This document shows, one piece after another, positions 42,453 to 55,459 of a stretch of DNA of 64,000 nt. Under the pieces are notes generated by a model, which saw nothing but the letters and a program-made list of their open reading frames with translations, ran no database searches and had not been told where the DNA came from. Each line of letters begins with the position of its first letter. The first letter of the stretch is position 1. Made by a program: the position numbers and the translations under genes. Source of the stretch: Octopus vulgaris (taxonomy: Eukaryota); NCBI GenBank assembly GCA_951406725.2, contig OX597815.1:81964001-82028000 (forward strand), given 5' to 3'.

Positions 42453-42804
42453 TATCCAGTAATTTTTTGCTAGTTTATTTAGTCTCTTTGTCGTCTCTCC
42501 TGGTGCTGTATGAACATTTAATGTAGTTTTAGAGTCGAGTTTTGGCTGCTATTTCCAGCGAGGAGGTATCTCTTAGATACCCTAAATTATAATTTTAATA
42601 ATAACTATTATCTTTGAAGGTTTTTATTCCCATGCTGTCCACTTGATAAGTTCGATATTTATATAACAATCTTATCTTTATATATATATATAAGCAAGTG
42701 AAAATTGAAAAAAAAAAGGAACAAAGAATATAAATCAATTAGATGTATACAATGAGTATATTAGAATGACGCTCAGTGAAGGTTTTTGACGGAAAAATAG
42801 GAAC

Positions 42805-42834
42805 GACGTTTCGAGTATGGCTCTTCGTCAGAAA
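42805..42834 (-). ncRNA. Minimal hammerhead core, stem I unpaired
   Basis: CUGACGA-A-GAG-ccaua-CUC-GAAAC-GUC. Confidence 0.55.
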
Positions 42835-42988
42835 GAAGAAATATCCGGAAGCGAGAAAAAGGACGGAGGAGCGGATAGTGCAAGAAAAGTGCGTTGTATC
42901 ATTACATGCCCGAAAAATAAGTGATCGGAATTTGGAAAGAGATACAGACTATGGTTTCTAAAGCCAGTAGGACGCAAAAAGGGGCCGT

Positions 42989-43029
<41 letters not shown>

Positions 43030-43396
43030 GTGTGTGTGCGTGTGTGAGAGGGAGAGGTAGAGAGAGAAAGATAGGGATTGTGTGCGGGGTTTGGAGTTGT
43101 GCGTGATGTGTATATGCGTGTATATGTATTCCATGTGTGTATGCGCAGGTGCGGCTTGTGAGAAGCGTGTTTGTATATTAGGGAGTGCTGCATGGGATGG
43201 CAATATATGTGCACGTGTGTATTTGTGCGTGAGGTGTGTGTGAGGTTAGTACCAGTAGTGTGATTTTATAGTGGACGGACGTGGAGTGGCAGGTGAAGAA
43301 TACGTGTGTGCGTATGTGCTTGTGCGTGCGTATGAGCGTGTGAGTGTGTGTGTGTTTCCGTCTGTGTTTGTGTATATATATATATATCTCTTTCGA

Positions 43397-43470
43397 TGGC
43401 CCGATAACTGAAGAGATGCCAACGTGGGTTTCCACCCCGACATCCGAAACTCGGAATATTATCATGGCTA
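43397..43470 (+). ncRNA. Type I hammerhead ribozyme candidate
   Basis: UGGCC-c-GAUAA-CUGAAGA-GAUGcC-aac-GUGG-guuu-CCAC-ccc-GaCAUC-c-GAAA-CUCGGAA-UA-UUAUC-au-GGCUA. Confidence 0.7.
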
Positions 43471-43565
43471 CCGATTAGTTGTCACATATTATATTTACAG
43501 ATAAATTCGTCTATTTACATAATATCGAGGTCTCTTTCATTCTTTTGTTGTCTTGCCATTTCTAT

Positions 43566-43575
43566 GAATACATAC

Positions 43576-43632
<57 letters not shown>

Positions 43633-43649
43633 TGTATACATATATATAC

Positions 43650-43680
<31 letters not shown>

Positions 43681-43813
43681 CATACATATATATACAAATA
43701 TATATATACATATATATACATACATATATATACAAAGATATATATACATATATATATATACATATATATACATACATATATATACATATATATATATATA
43801 CATATATATATAC

Positions 43814-43858
<45 letters not shown>

Positions 43859-43923
43859 ATATATATATATATACATATATATATATACATATATATACAT
43901 ATATATATACATATATATACATA

Positions 43924-43972
<49 letters not shown>

Positions 43973-44397
43973 TATACATATATATAATATATATATACAT
44001 ATATACATATATATATATATATACATATATATACATATATATACATATATATATACATACATATATATATATATTTATATATACATATATATACATATAT
44101 ATACATACATATATATATATATATATTATATATACATATATATACATATATATACATATATATACATACATATATATATATATATTTATATATACATATA
44201 TATACATATATATACATATATATACATATATATATATACATATATATACATATATATATATATATATACATATATATATACATATATATACATATATATA
44301 TATATGTATGTATATATATATATATACATACATATATATATATATACAGACATACATATATATACATGCATATATATATATACATATATATATATAC

Positions 44398-44430
<33 letters not shown>

Positions 44431-44574
44431 CATATATACATACATACATATATATATACATACATGCATATATATATACATACATATATATATATACATA
44501 CATACATATATATATACATACATACATATATATATACATATATACATATATATACATACATACATATATATATA

Positions 44575-44637
<63 letters not shown>
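43566..44637. repeat. ~1.07-kb (TA)n/(TACA) microsatellite
   Basis: Directly visible; source of the 350-aa spurious ORFs. Confidence 0.97.
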
Positions 44638-44640
<3 letters not shown>

Positions 44641-44838
44641 ATCCAAATAAGAAAACACCATAAGACACAACAAAACGAGGACGTGGAACAGATATAGTAT
44701 TATTGGACGCTCAGGAAAGAAGGGAAGAAGGAGGGTTTAACGTTTCGAGCGGAGCTCTTCGTCGGAAACGTAGGAGAAGGAAAGATCCAAAGAGGGGAAG
44801 ACAGAGGAAAAAAATCGCCAACGGTACACACGAGGTCA
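44636..44838 (-). mobile_element. Family D repeat with minimal HHR at 44735-44769 (CCGACGA variant)
   Basis: GUUU-CCGACGA-A-GAGC-ucc-GCUC-GAAAC-GUU-AAAC; homologous to 15541-15750. Confidence 0.85.
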
Positions 44839-46426
44839 AAATGAGAGAAACAACATGGGAATAAACTTGACATCATTTTATTTCATCTGTTACATATGTT
44901 TCTGTGTTCGGTCACAGTATACAATGCTCTCATATTCAAGCTCCGCAAGAACATATGTCTAAAATGAAATAAAGAAAGAGTTCGTGCCCTGTCTATTTCT
45001 CTCATTATTGATGTGCTGCTTATATTACATTATAGCGCTTTTCGGATCTCATAGAAAACTATGGAATTACGCAATAGAGGGAATTTAAGGCAATAACAGT
45101 CGTAACCTTAGTCTGTAAACTTGTCGCGAAACTGAGTGCATCCATTTCATACGCACACTCCCATAGACTAATGTAAAAGAAAAAACATTTTCAATTTCCG
45201 AAGAAGGAGTTTGTCGTAAGTCGTCGAATATCCTCTCTCAAATAGCATGCGAACTGAATAAACCTTACACTTTATCAATAAGTACAACATTTGCTAAGGC
45301 AGATCACCACTCAACTCCTTAGATTCTGGTTTATTTCCTACGTACTCATACACACACACACACACACACACATTCATATACGCAAGCAGATATGAATTCA
45401 CATCCACAAATCCACACATACACTTACGCACACACAAATAATAGATTTATTTAATATATTAATTTTGATTGAATCTAGTGCTTTATGATAATAAGCACTC
45501 TTAATTAGATACATCTGCGTCTAATTTTTGTTCAGACAGTGATTTTGTTCAGAAGTTATTGCCACATTGCATACAAACAAAACAGTAATTAATGGAATGT
45601 CTTTCAATTAAGGAACATAAAAAAAGAAATAGCGAAAGCAAAGAAAAAAAACAACAACAAATAATATTACCAGAAACAAGAGGGCGGCGGTGTTGATGGC
45701 AGAGTCATTAGATTGATGGTTAAAGTTCCTCTTGGTCTTTAGTTACACATATTTACCCTTAGAGTTCAAATAACGATGGTGTCAACTTCTACAGTTTTTA
45801 ATTTTTAAAAAAAATAATGTATCAAACAAATTATCGCCTCAAACTTATAGCCGCTTATTATGTTAGAAATCGACATAGTTAATGAATAAAAAAATTATGT
45901 ATGATTAAATTAATTGATAAAATTTGTGATAGATATTTGCGTTGAAATATATGTAAATTAAATATGGTCAACCAGTGAACAATAAAAATAATTAAATTTC
46001 TGTAAAAAAAATTTATGTATCATACGACTAAATGAGCGCCATGAATTTTCGTTAACGAAAAACAGAAAGTGTTCTTTAATACTGAAATGATACGGACTAA
46101 ATGTATATTTGATAAAAAATAATCATGGTTAACGAATAAGAAACAAAAAAAAAAATATATACAAGCTGGTGAAATTGGAAGTAGCAGTACATAAATCGGC
46201 CAAAAACAGGCAGGTGCAGTCACTCTATATTTTTATCCTTCAGAACTAATACACATCTTACAAAGGTAGAGAATGTACATTGAGTGGGATTTACTGTGCG
46301 AATATAATGTTTTAGGTAATTATTGAAATACATGTCAGGAACTAGTATAATACAATCAGTAAAATGTTCGTTCATATAAGCGAGACATTTAGTTACTGAG
46401 AAGGAGAAAAAACCAGAAGATAGTAG

Positions 46427-46480
<54 letters not shown>

Positions 46481-46486
<6 letters not shown>

Positions 46487-47232
46487 AATGAATGTTTTTA
46501 TATATAATGAACGTGAAATACAGGAAGGACGAACACGGAACACAGTCGAAGCCTTCAATCTTCAGTCAGACCGTAGCAAATTTCGGCTGTTCAATTCTGA
46601 TATTTGCTCCAACTCGGCCAGCCCCAAGAAAAAAACTAAGCTGTAAGCATTAGATTTCTTGGTAGAAGACAGGAATGTGAATGCACAAGACGGATGTAAA
46701 TACAAGAGACGAAAACGAAATTATATATATATATATAATATATATGAGACAAAAACAACAACAACATAGCTGGCGTAGAAATAATTACCGTTTCGGTAGC
46801 GGGGACACATGTTGGTCGAGATACGATGGCCAACAGAATGGTTAAGAAAGCATGTTGCAGGAGAGAGAGAGAAAGAGAGACAGAGAGAGGGAATCAAAGA
46901 GGGTGGAAGGCAGGGGACAGAATCAGTGACCAAGAGAAAAGGAGAACGAAGGGATCAAGGAGGATGGGAGGAAGAGGGGAGGAGGATGGGAGGAAGAGGG
47001 GGAAGAATCGGAGGGCGCCAAAAAGTTTGGTGAAGAAGCAATGGCGGGTAGGAAAGACAGTGTGTATAGAAGTCGTGCAGGGTTTAAAATTGGACAAACA
47101 AACGGGGGGGGGGGGTGCACGTAACGCCGCAATGATATAAGAATGAATGTTTTTATATATAATGAACGTGAAATACAGGAAGGGACGAACACGGAACACA
47201 GACAAATCATTCGAAGCCTTCAATCTTCAGTC
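46481..47232 (-). mobile_element. ~655-bp-period non-coding element with ~95-bp terminal direct repeat (retrozyme/pseudo-LTR-like)
   Basis: 46481-46570 is repeated at ~47136-47235 (aagaatgaatg...gaagccttcaatcttcagtcaga); ends in (TA)n. Confidence 0.8.
46550..46608 (-). ncRNA. Non-circularly permuted hammerhead candidate
   Basis: RNA: AGCAAA-U-A-UCAGA-auugaac-AGCC-GAAA-UUUGCU-acgg-UCUGA-CUGAAGA-uugaa-GGCU; all stems Watson-Crick. Confidence 0.75.
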
Positions 47233-48665
47233 AGACACCGAATCTATGCTTTCGGTGCGAATGTTTTTTTTTATACGGCGCCGTTTTTACAATCCTGTAA
47301 ATAATAATAATGGTATTTTTATATAAGCTTAAATTTTATGGTGATCAGCGTACAACGACTAAGGAAAATAGTCTAATAAAGGGGAATATAAGCCCTCGAC
47401 AGAAAAAAAGAAGGTTTTCCTATCCGCTTGGGAGTCGAACCCATATCCCTTTCGCACTGAAAACATTTAGAAAATCGAACTCATATCCGATTTGCAAGTT
47501 TATAAAAGCGCAATGTAGAAAAAAAAAGAAATAAAGTGGTGTGGGGCAAAGAAACACGTGGTTTTTACTAAGCAAATTGAGTAATGTCCTTTGTTGGCAA
47601 AAAAAATGGGCAAGAAAAGGGAAAGCCGTAAGTGGAGTCACTAAGTAAAATATATGACTGATAAACACTCATAATACAGAAGACTTGGCTTGTAAAGAGA
47701 TGAATATACTTCAGTAACCGGTTTTTACTAAAATATCTTGTGCCTAAAAGACAATAAACAGGAATTTAAAAAATGATATAGTAGCAAATAAATAGACAAA
47801 TAAATAAACAAAAGTAAGAATAAAATAGGACTATATAGGTTTGTTCTGCAAGCTATTGGATCGTTGGAACATTGATGACAATTCCATATATTTGTATTGG
47901 CGCTTGAATAAGTATGAATTTTTAGGCAAACTGTCTCCCTATAAATTCTTTCCTAACTCTGTCATCCGGTGACGATTTGCCTCTGATACTTTTTTTTCCA
48001 CATAGCCTAAAAGCTTATCTGTTTTACGAAATACTTATTTCCATATAAAACTTAGAAATGGGAACCTTTAATCTAATTTCTTGTTCAAAAAATGCAAAAC
48101 TGAGACTGACTGAATATTTGTGAAAGCTTTTGAAATTTAAAGAGGTTTTCATATAGATTCGATTTCCAATATCGGTTTGAAATTTCTTTCAGATATTGTT
48201 TTTTTTCTGATTTGGATTTGAATGTTTCGGATCTGAAGTTTTTTAAAATTTTCCACTCCAGACAAGAAAAACCATTAAAAACATAAAAAAAAATTTGAAT
48301 TCTTAATTTCGATGCTCACTCACCTCAAACGCAAAGGAGAAAATTAAAATATAAAAAACATGGAGCGAAATCAAGGAAAAATATATATATAAAAGATAGA
48401 TAATAACCTTTGGTATTTCTCAGTTTGCGTATGAAGCTTCTTCTGTTGTACTATCCTCAAAAATTTTAAGAATACATAAGGTGAGGTGAGTTAGTCAGTG
48501 ACGGAGACAATATCCTCACATTTTGAGGGGCGTTTTTTTATCTTTTGGGGGTCTGTAAACCATTACTGTTAAAATCCTCCAATATACATTTACACAGCTC
48601 TTTTACAGCTCACAGTCTGCGAATGATAAACTGTTGTGAATTGAAGATATATAAACACACACACG

Positions 48666-48729
<64 letters not shown>

Positions 48730-49000
48730 TATATATATATATTCATATACATGAGAGAGAAAAAGAAGGAGAGAGAGAGGGGAAGAGAGAGAGAGGAAGA
48801 AAGGTGGTGAGAGAAACAGGGGAAAAGTCAGTTGTGGGATTATTGTGACGATTAAGAAATATCGAGCTTATTGAGTTTATTAAAACATTACTCATTAGAG
48901 TTAAGGTGGAGATGGAGGCGAAGAGTGAGGTGACTGGGTGCGGAGATACATAAAGAGATACGCTTAGAAACATGGACAGTTTTATACATAAATACATACA

Positions 49001-49057
<57 letters not shown>

Positions 49058-49115
49058 TATATACATATATATATATGTATGTATGTATACACATACATAT
49101 TTATGTATACATGTA

Positions 49116-49335
49116 TTCTTTTATCCTTTAGTTGTTTCAGTCATTTGATTGCGGCCATGCTGGAACTACGCCTTTAGTCGAACAAATCGTCCCCAGAACT
49201 TATTCTTTGTAAGCCTAGTACTTATTCTATCGGATCTCTTTTGCCGAACCGCTACATTACGGGGACGTAAACATATCAGCATAGGTTGTCAAGCGTTGGT
49301 GTGGATCTAACACAGACACACAGACAGACAGACAG

Positions 49336-49368
<33 letters not shown>

Positions 49369-49527
49369 TGCATATATATTTATATATATGACGGGCTTCT
49401 TTCAGTTTCCGTCTACCAAACCCACTCACAAGGCTTTGGTCGGCCCGAGACTATAGTAGAAGACACTTGCCCAAGGTGCTACGCAGTGAGACTGAACTCG
49501 GAATCATGTCGTTGGGAAGCAAGCTTC
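49116..49527 (-). mobile_element. SINE family B, full length
   Basis: Reverse complement of the 29313-type element with an internal (CA)n. Confidence 0.9.
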
Positions 49528-49544
49528 TTACCACGCAGCCACGC

Positions 49545-49588
<44 letters not shown>

Positions 49589-49595
49589 ACACATG

Positions 49596-49627
<32 letters not shown>

Positions 49628-49659
49628 TGTATGTATGTATGTATGTATGTATGTATGTG

Positions 49660-49725
<66 letters not shown>

Positions 49726-50267
49726 GGGACATGAATAAAGTAGATGGGGAAAGAAAAAGATATCGAGGTAACTACCTGATAGGAAGAGACAATAATAATC
49801 GTTTGAATGAGAAGCGACAGAGAGAGATCGAGAAATATTAATAGAGAGAGAGGATTACTACTAATGTGCATTTTGAAGTGGAGGGGGAAGGAGGTTTAAT
49901 TGAGTAAAAGGATGAGAGAATAAAAGGGAGAGAAAGGGAGAGAGAGTGTGTGTGTGTGTAAGAGAGAGAGAGAGAGAGAAAGAGAGGAGACACGGGGAAT
50001 GAGAGAAGCCAGGTGTCAGAGTTGCATAGAGATTAAGGTAAATTGGAAAGACGTGTGCAGGTTCCTGCAATTGTATATGCATATTTGTATGTGTGTGTGT
50101 ATGTGTGTGTGTGGTATGTGTGTGAGTGTGCGCGTTTGTGATTGTGTGTGTGTGTATGCGTGTCCATATTGAGGAATGTAGGTACACATGTGGAAATATT
50201 CATTTGTTTAAGAAAGCACACGTAAGCATGTGGTTTGTGGTAGTGTGTGTGTATGTGTGTGCGCGCG

Positions 50268-50309
<42 letters not shown>

Positions 50310-50876
50310 TGTGAAAGAAAGAAAGAGAGAGGCAGATTAGATAAATACACAGATGTATGTTAACGGTAGATAGATAGGTAGATAGATACAAAGAGAAAGA
50401 GGGAGTGAAGAGAGAAAAGAGTAGTGGATGATGCGATTATTAAATATATATGTGTGCGCATGTGTGTAATATATGCATCTATGTGTATCTGTATGTGTGT
50501 GCAAATGTACATGCGTGTATGTGTATGTATGCTACGAAGAGAGAGAGGGGGGAGAGAAAACGATAGTGCGGGAATGAGGGAGAGAGGGTGTAAAAGGAAA
50601 GAGAGGGTGAGGTAGGAGCCTGCTGAAATGAAGACCAACAACAACATAACAAAGACCAAGAAGAATGGCTACTTGAAAAGCTAAGACTATAATATCCGGG
50701 CCATCCTTATTCTGATGTCAACATACACTTGTTTGGGTTACCACACAAATCAATAAAGAAGATCAACTGGCTCTATGGCGTAGTTTAATTTCATGAGCGA
50801 GTTACAGAAAGAAGAGGAACAGTATCCTTGACCTTTGCAGGATCTCTTAGACTGGCCAGATCGATGTAGTTGATAT

Positions 50877-50916
<40 letters not shown>

Positions 50917-51523
50917 TATGCCGAGGTAAACCCTGTTCGAGTAGGTTTTACATCTAAAACCATAAATACAGTGATAATTATATTTATATTCTACGTGTAT
51001 GTAGGACTGCATTAGCAATCGTATCCTTTCATTAAAAAAATCTTTAGTAATAGTTTTAGCCCTGTTTCTAGCAAGTCTGTCGACTCCGTAGAGATTCAGT
51101 GTTGGTTCGAATTATATAAATTTTCAATATTTGTAAGCCGAGGGAAAGTGACTTCCAACAGTTCACGTCTCTTGCTTGAAGTATTTCGTTCGGAACCAGG
51201 CAGCGACTTCTTGGGGTTTGCGATTCCTGATCGTAATATTTAGTTCAATATTTGAAAGAGAAACGGCCAAGACGACGTGAAAAGATATATATATTTGTTG
51301 AAACCGGTGAATGATTTTGCGGTTGGTTTCTTCATAGGAACAGCTGAAACTGCTGTAGTCACGACAGAAAAAGGAGAGAGAAGATATGATGCTTCTGTTG
51401 GAAATAAGCTGTAATTTATTGGTGTGTGATCCTACTTTGGATTGCTGCCATTGTTTTACTGGCGTATGCTGGTACCTCTTCAGTTATTACAAAATGGTCG
51501 GGCGCACTAGTCTGTAAATATAA

Positions 51524-51920
51524 TCTTTTCTACTCTAGGCACAAGGCCCGAAATTTTGGGGGAGGGGGCCAGTCGATTAGATCGGCCCCACTACGGAACT
51601 GGTACTTAATTTATCGATCCCGAAAGAATGAAAGACAAAGTCGACTTCGGTGGAATTAGAGCTCAGAACATAACGACAAGCGAAATACCTATTTCTTTAC
51701 TACCCACAAGGGGCTAAACACAGAGCGGACAAACAAGGACAGACAAACGGATTAAGTCGATTATACTGACCCCAGTGTGTAACTGGTACTTATTTAATCG
51801 ACCCCGAAAGGATGAAAGGCAAAGTCTACCTCGGCGGAATTTGAACTCAAAACTTAACGTCAGACGAAATACGGCTACGCATTTCACCCGGCCTGCTAAC
51901 GTTTCTGCCAGTTCGCCGAC
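51524..51920 (-). mobile_element. SINE family A dimer
   Basis: Same structure as 17323-17744; flanked on both sides by tagtctgtaaatataat (possible target duplication). Confidence 0.92.
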
Positions 51921-52253
51921 TTAGTCTGTAAATATAATGATTCCTAACATAGGCCAAATACCTAAACATTTTGAACAAAGCCTCAGCATTTATCTAGCAC
52001 TCATTTTACCGATTCCATAAATATGAATATCAATCAACTAAGATTTAAACTTAGAGCAAAGAGAAGTGTAACTGAATGTCGCAGGGGAGTTTTGTCTAAT
52101 GTTCTACCGAGTTGACTACTTCACCTCCCTTTGTAAATATATTGTTGGGAATATAAAGTTGCATTGAGTACCAAAGTGTTCACTACAACTTTATGTCGGA
52201 AATGTTTAGTCTTACGCATATTAATCTATGTGACAGAAACAAGGAGTAGACAT

Positions 52254-52737
52254 CCTTTCTACTATAGGCACAAGGCCTGAAATCTTGGGGGAGGGGGACC
52301 ATCAGATTATATCAATCCCAGTGTTCCACTGGTACTTAATTTATCGACCCTGAAAGGATGAAAAGCAAAGTCGACTCCGCTGGCATTTGAACTCAGTACG
52401 TAAAAACAGGTGAAATACTGCTTAAGCATTTCGCCAGGCATGCTAACTTTTCTATCAGCTCACCACCTTCAATGATTACACATCGGCATTGCGATTGTGA
52501 TCTGTCGGTAGTCTGTAACATTAATATATTTGAAAATAATGCTTTCTGTTATAGGCACATGGCCTAAAATTTTAGGGGAGCGGGTAAGCCGATTATATAG
52601 GCTCCAATGTTCAACTTGTACCCCGAACGGATGAAAAGCAAAGTCGACTTCAGCGGAATTTGAACTCTTAATATAAAGACGGATGAAATACCGTGAAGTA
52701 CTTTCCTCAGCATGTTAACGATTCTTCCAGCACGCCT
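52254..52737 (-). mobile_element. Two diverged SINE family A monomers
   Basis: Copies at 52254-52468 and 52543-52737. Confidence 0.8.
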
Positions 52738-53442
52738 CCTACTAAGATTTAAAATTAATAAAACGACTCTAGGTTGTGTAAGCAGTGAACCTCATCCGTT
52801 GTCGTCTGCCATGTATTAGGGGCAGTGGATCCTTATGTGAAATTTTTGCTGGAAGAATTTGGCCGTTAGTCGGATGGGAGGGTGAAATTAATTCGTTGTT
52901 TATATTTAAGATTGGAATAAGATGGAGGATGATATGCAGCATCTCAGTCAGGCAGAGTTGCAAGATTTGGGGCTCGTTCTTAACTACTTATAATTTCAAT
53001 GTCTATGATTCCCAAATTTGCTTTAGAATGAACGTTTTGTGGTTGGCAATCCATGCAGCATGGGGGATACATACAATGTAGCTTTCATTAACGAGGAGGC
53101 GTCGATTCGTGTCCAAACTGACTTTGCGCATTACTTTTCTCACAAATAACTATCCCCAGTGTATTGGTTCATTTTACTGTCTTTAATATATGTTTATATG
53201 AAGATGGTAACAAAGATCGAACTAAATTCCTTACAAAATTTAATTTCTTTCTTGAAGGTTTTTGAGCTCAGATCTTATCATAACCAACCGTACTTCAGGA
53301 ATGGCAGAAAGCTTATAAATCAAACACATACCTGTTATATATTATAATTATTTCAATCATCTTTACATTCTTCTGATTGCGCAAAAGTCTTACTGAGAAA
53401 TCAATGATTATGTATATATCTATGTATAAATTTGCATTACAG

Positions 53443-53496
53443 GTGTTGTGCTTCCGTGGTAAGTTCCCTATACAGAACAGGTGGTCTTTATCCAGG
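53443..53496 (+). CDS. Candidate 54-nt internal exon
   Basis: Acceptor tttgcattacag, donor AGG|gtaagt; phase-2 frame reads CCASVVSSLYRTGGLYP. Confidence 0.35.
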
Positions 53497-54644
53497 GTAA
53501 GTGAGTTGGATTTTCTTCTGGCCGTCTTTCTTTCTTGTTGACTTAACGTACGTGTGTCTGAGTGGATTATGCTTGTTCGTTTCTATTGTGAGAGTAATTT
53601 TAAAAGCAAATCAATGTTTCTGTACTAAAAAAACTTAAATGTATTCGTATTGTGTTGTTATTCATTCACCTTGAGGAAAACAGAAGGTCGCCATTTGATA
53701 CAAGAGAGGGAGAGAAAGAGACAAACAGACAGACAGGCAAATAGGTAGATAGATAATTAAAGAGATAGAAAGAGAAGGGATTAGGAGAAGGTACAATAAC
53801 GAAAGGGTAGAAGAGAAAAATAATGAGAAAATGAGAGATTAAGAGGAAGCAAAGAAAAAGAGGGAAGGAGAAGAGAGGGAGAGAGAGTGTATGTGTGCGC
53901 GTGTGTACGCGAGACAGTGTGTGTGTGTGTGTGTGTGTATGTGTGTGTGTGTGTGCGAAAAGTGGTGAGGCAAAAATGTGCGTAGAAAATAGATTAAAAG
54001 ATGTTTGTCTTGGGCAAGGCATAAAACTGCATCTGGGAACTCCAGCTCTAGATTTCTGGAGTTTGCGAGAGTACAGCATTACACCTTAGTCATCATTACT
54101 CTCAAGTCCGCTCTGGCCCTGGGTAGAAGTACACATCATGGACTCTAGTTATAGGTAAAATAGAAGATGGTTCAATGGCTAAGGCACGGAGGAGGGCTGG
54201 CCCTTAGTCATGTGCTACTTAAGCCTACCAATGTGGATTTAAGCTCACTCCTTGGCTTAAAATCTAATCGTAGAAATCACTTTGAGTGGGTGTCTCAGCA
54301 TGTCTGCACTTCAAAGAATGAAACCAGAAAAAATGTTCAAAAGCAGAAAGCAACAGTGCAGATATGCTTACGCACGTATATGTGCTTGTGTGAGTGTGTG
54401 TGTGTGAATTTAAGTGGCTAATACAATTCTATGATTATTCAGTATCCAGGACCAGTTTTACAAAAAAAAAAAAAAAGTTCATACAATGAAAGTCATAAAA
54501 AAGGAACTAATTATATGAGACAGATTCTGAAATTATAAAAACTTTTATCACATCTGTACTAATATTGCAGTATTTTTTTTAAATATAGGTGTTTCAAACA
54601 TTTAATAGTTTTATAGGTACACACACATACATACAAACATATAT

Positions 54645-54820
54645 CTGTCTTCCCTTCTCTGGATCTTTCCTTCTCCTATGTTTCCGACGAAGAGCTCCGA
54701 TCGAAACGTTAAACCCTCCTTCTTTCCTTCTTTCCTGAGCGTCCAATAATTTATTTGTAATATATTTGTTCCACGTCCTCGCGTTGTTGTTTTTTGTGTT
54801 TTCTTGTTTGGATTAACTTT
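54645..54820 (+). mobile_element. Family D repeat with minimal HHR at 54680-54714
   Basis: GUUU-CCGACGA-A-GAGC-ucc-GAUC-GAAAC-GUU-AAAC; ends ggattaact followed by (TA)n. Confidence 0.85.
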
Positions 54821-54859
54821 ATATGTATATATACGTATATATATATATATATGTATATA

Positions 54860-55103
<244 letters not shown>

Positions 55104-55459
55104 AGAAGTTTGAAAACGCCACTATATTAGATAAATTTTAATTTTCTTAGAAAGTTTACATGTTTCGGTTCTTGAAAAAACGAACCTTATTAAAAATATT
55201 TTAAAAAGTTAAGTGTAATAGAAAAGTTCATAATTGTTTCGTACTGGTCTTAATAGAATCCATGTGGTGGTGTTTTGTCGGTAGTAGGTATAATAGCTAT
55301 AAATTTCAAGTTGAGTGTAATAAAAAAGTTCATAATTGTTTCTTACATAATTGTTTCATGACTTTCCAGCTACTGGGTCAGTGTTATCTAGATGAACGTT
55401 GGAAATGCCAACATGTCAAGCTAGGCGAAACACATCATTAGACTGCTGGAATTTCTGAG

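Noticed and set aside
43479-44668. ORFs of up to 364 aa
   Set aside because: YI/HT/CV dipeptide translations of a TA/TACA microsatellite. The same applies to most of the ORF track.
44885-44935. GAAACAUAUGUA palindrome with a hairpin on the minus strand
   Set aside because: No recognisable CUGANGA at the required position.
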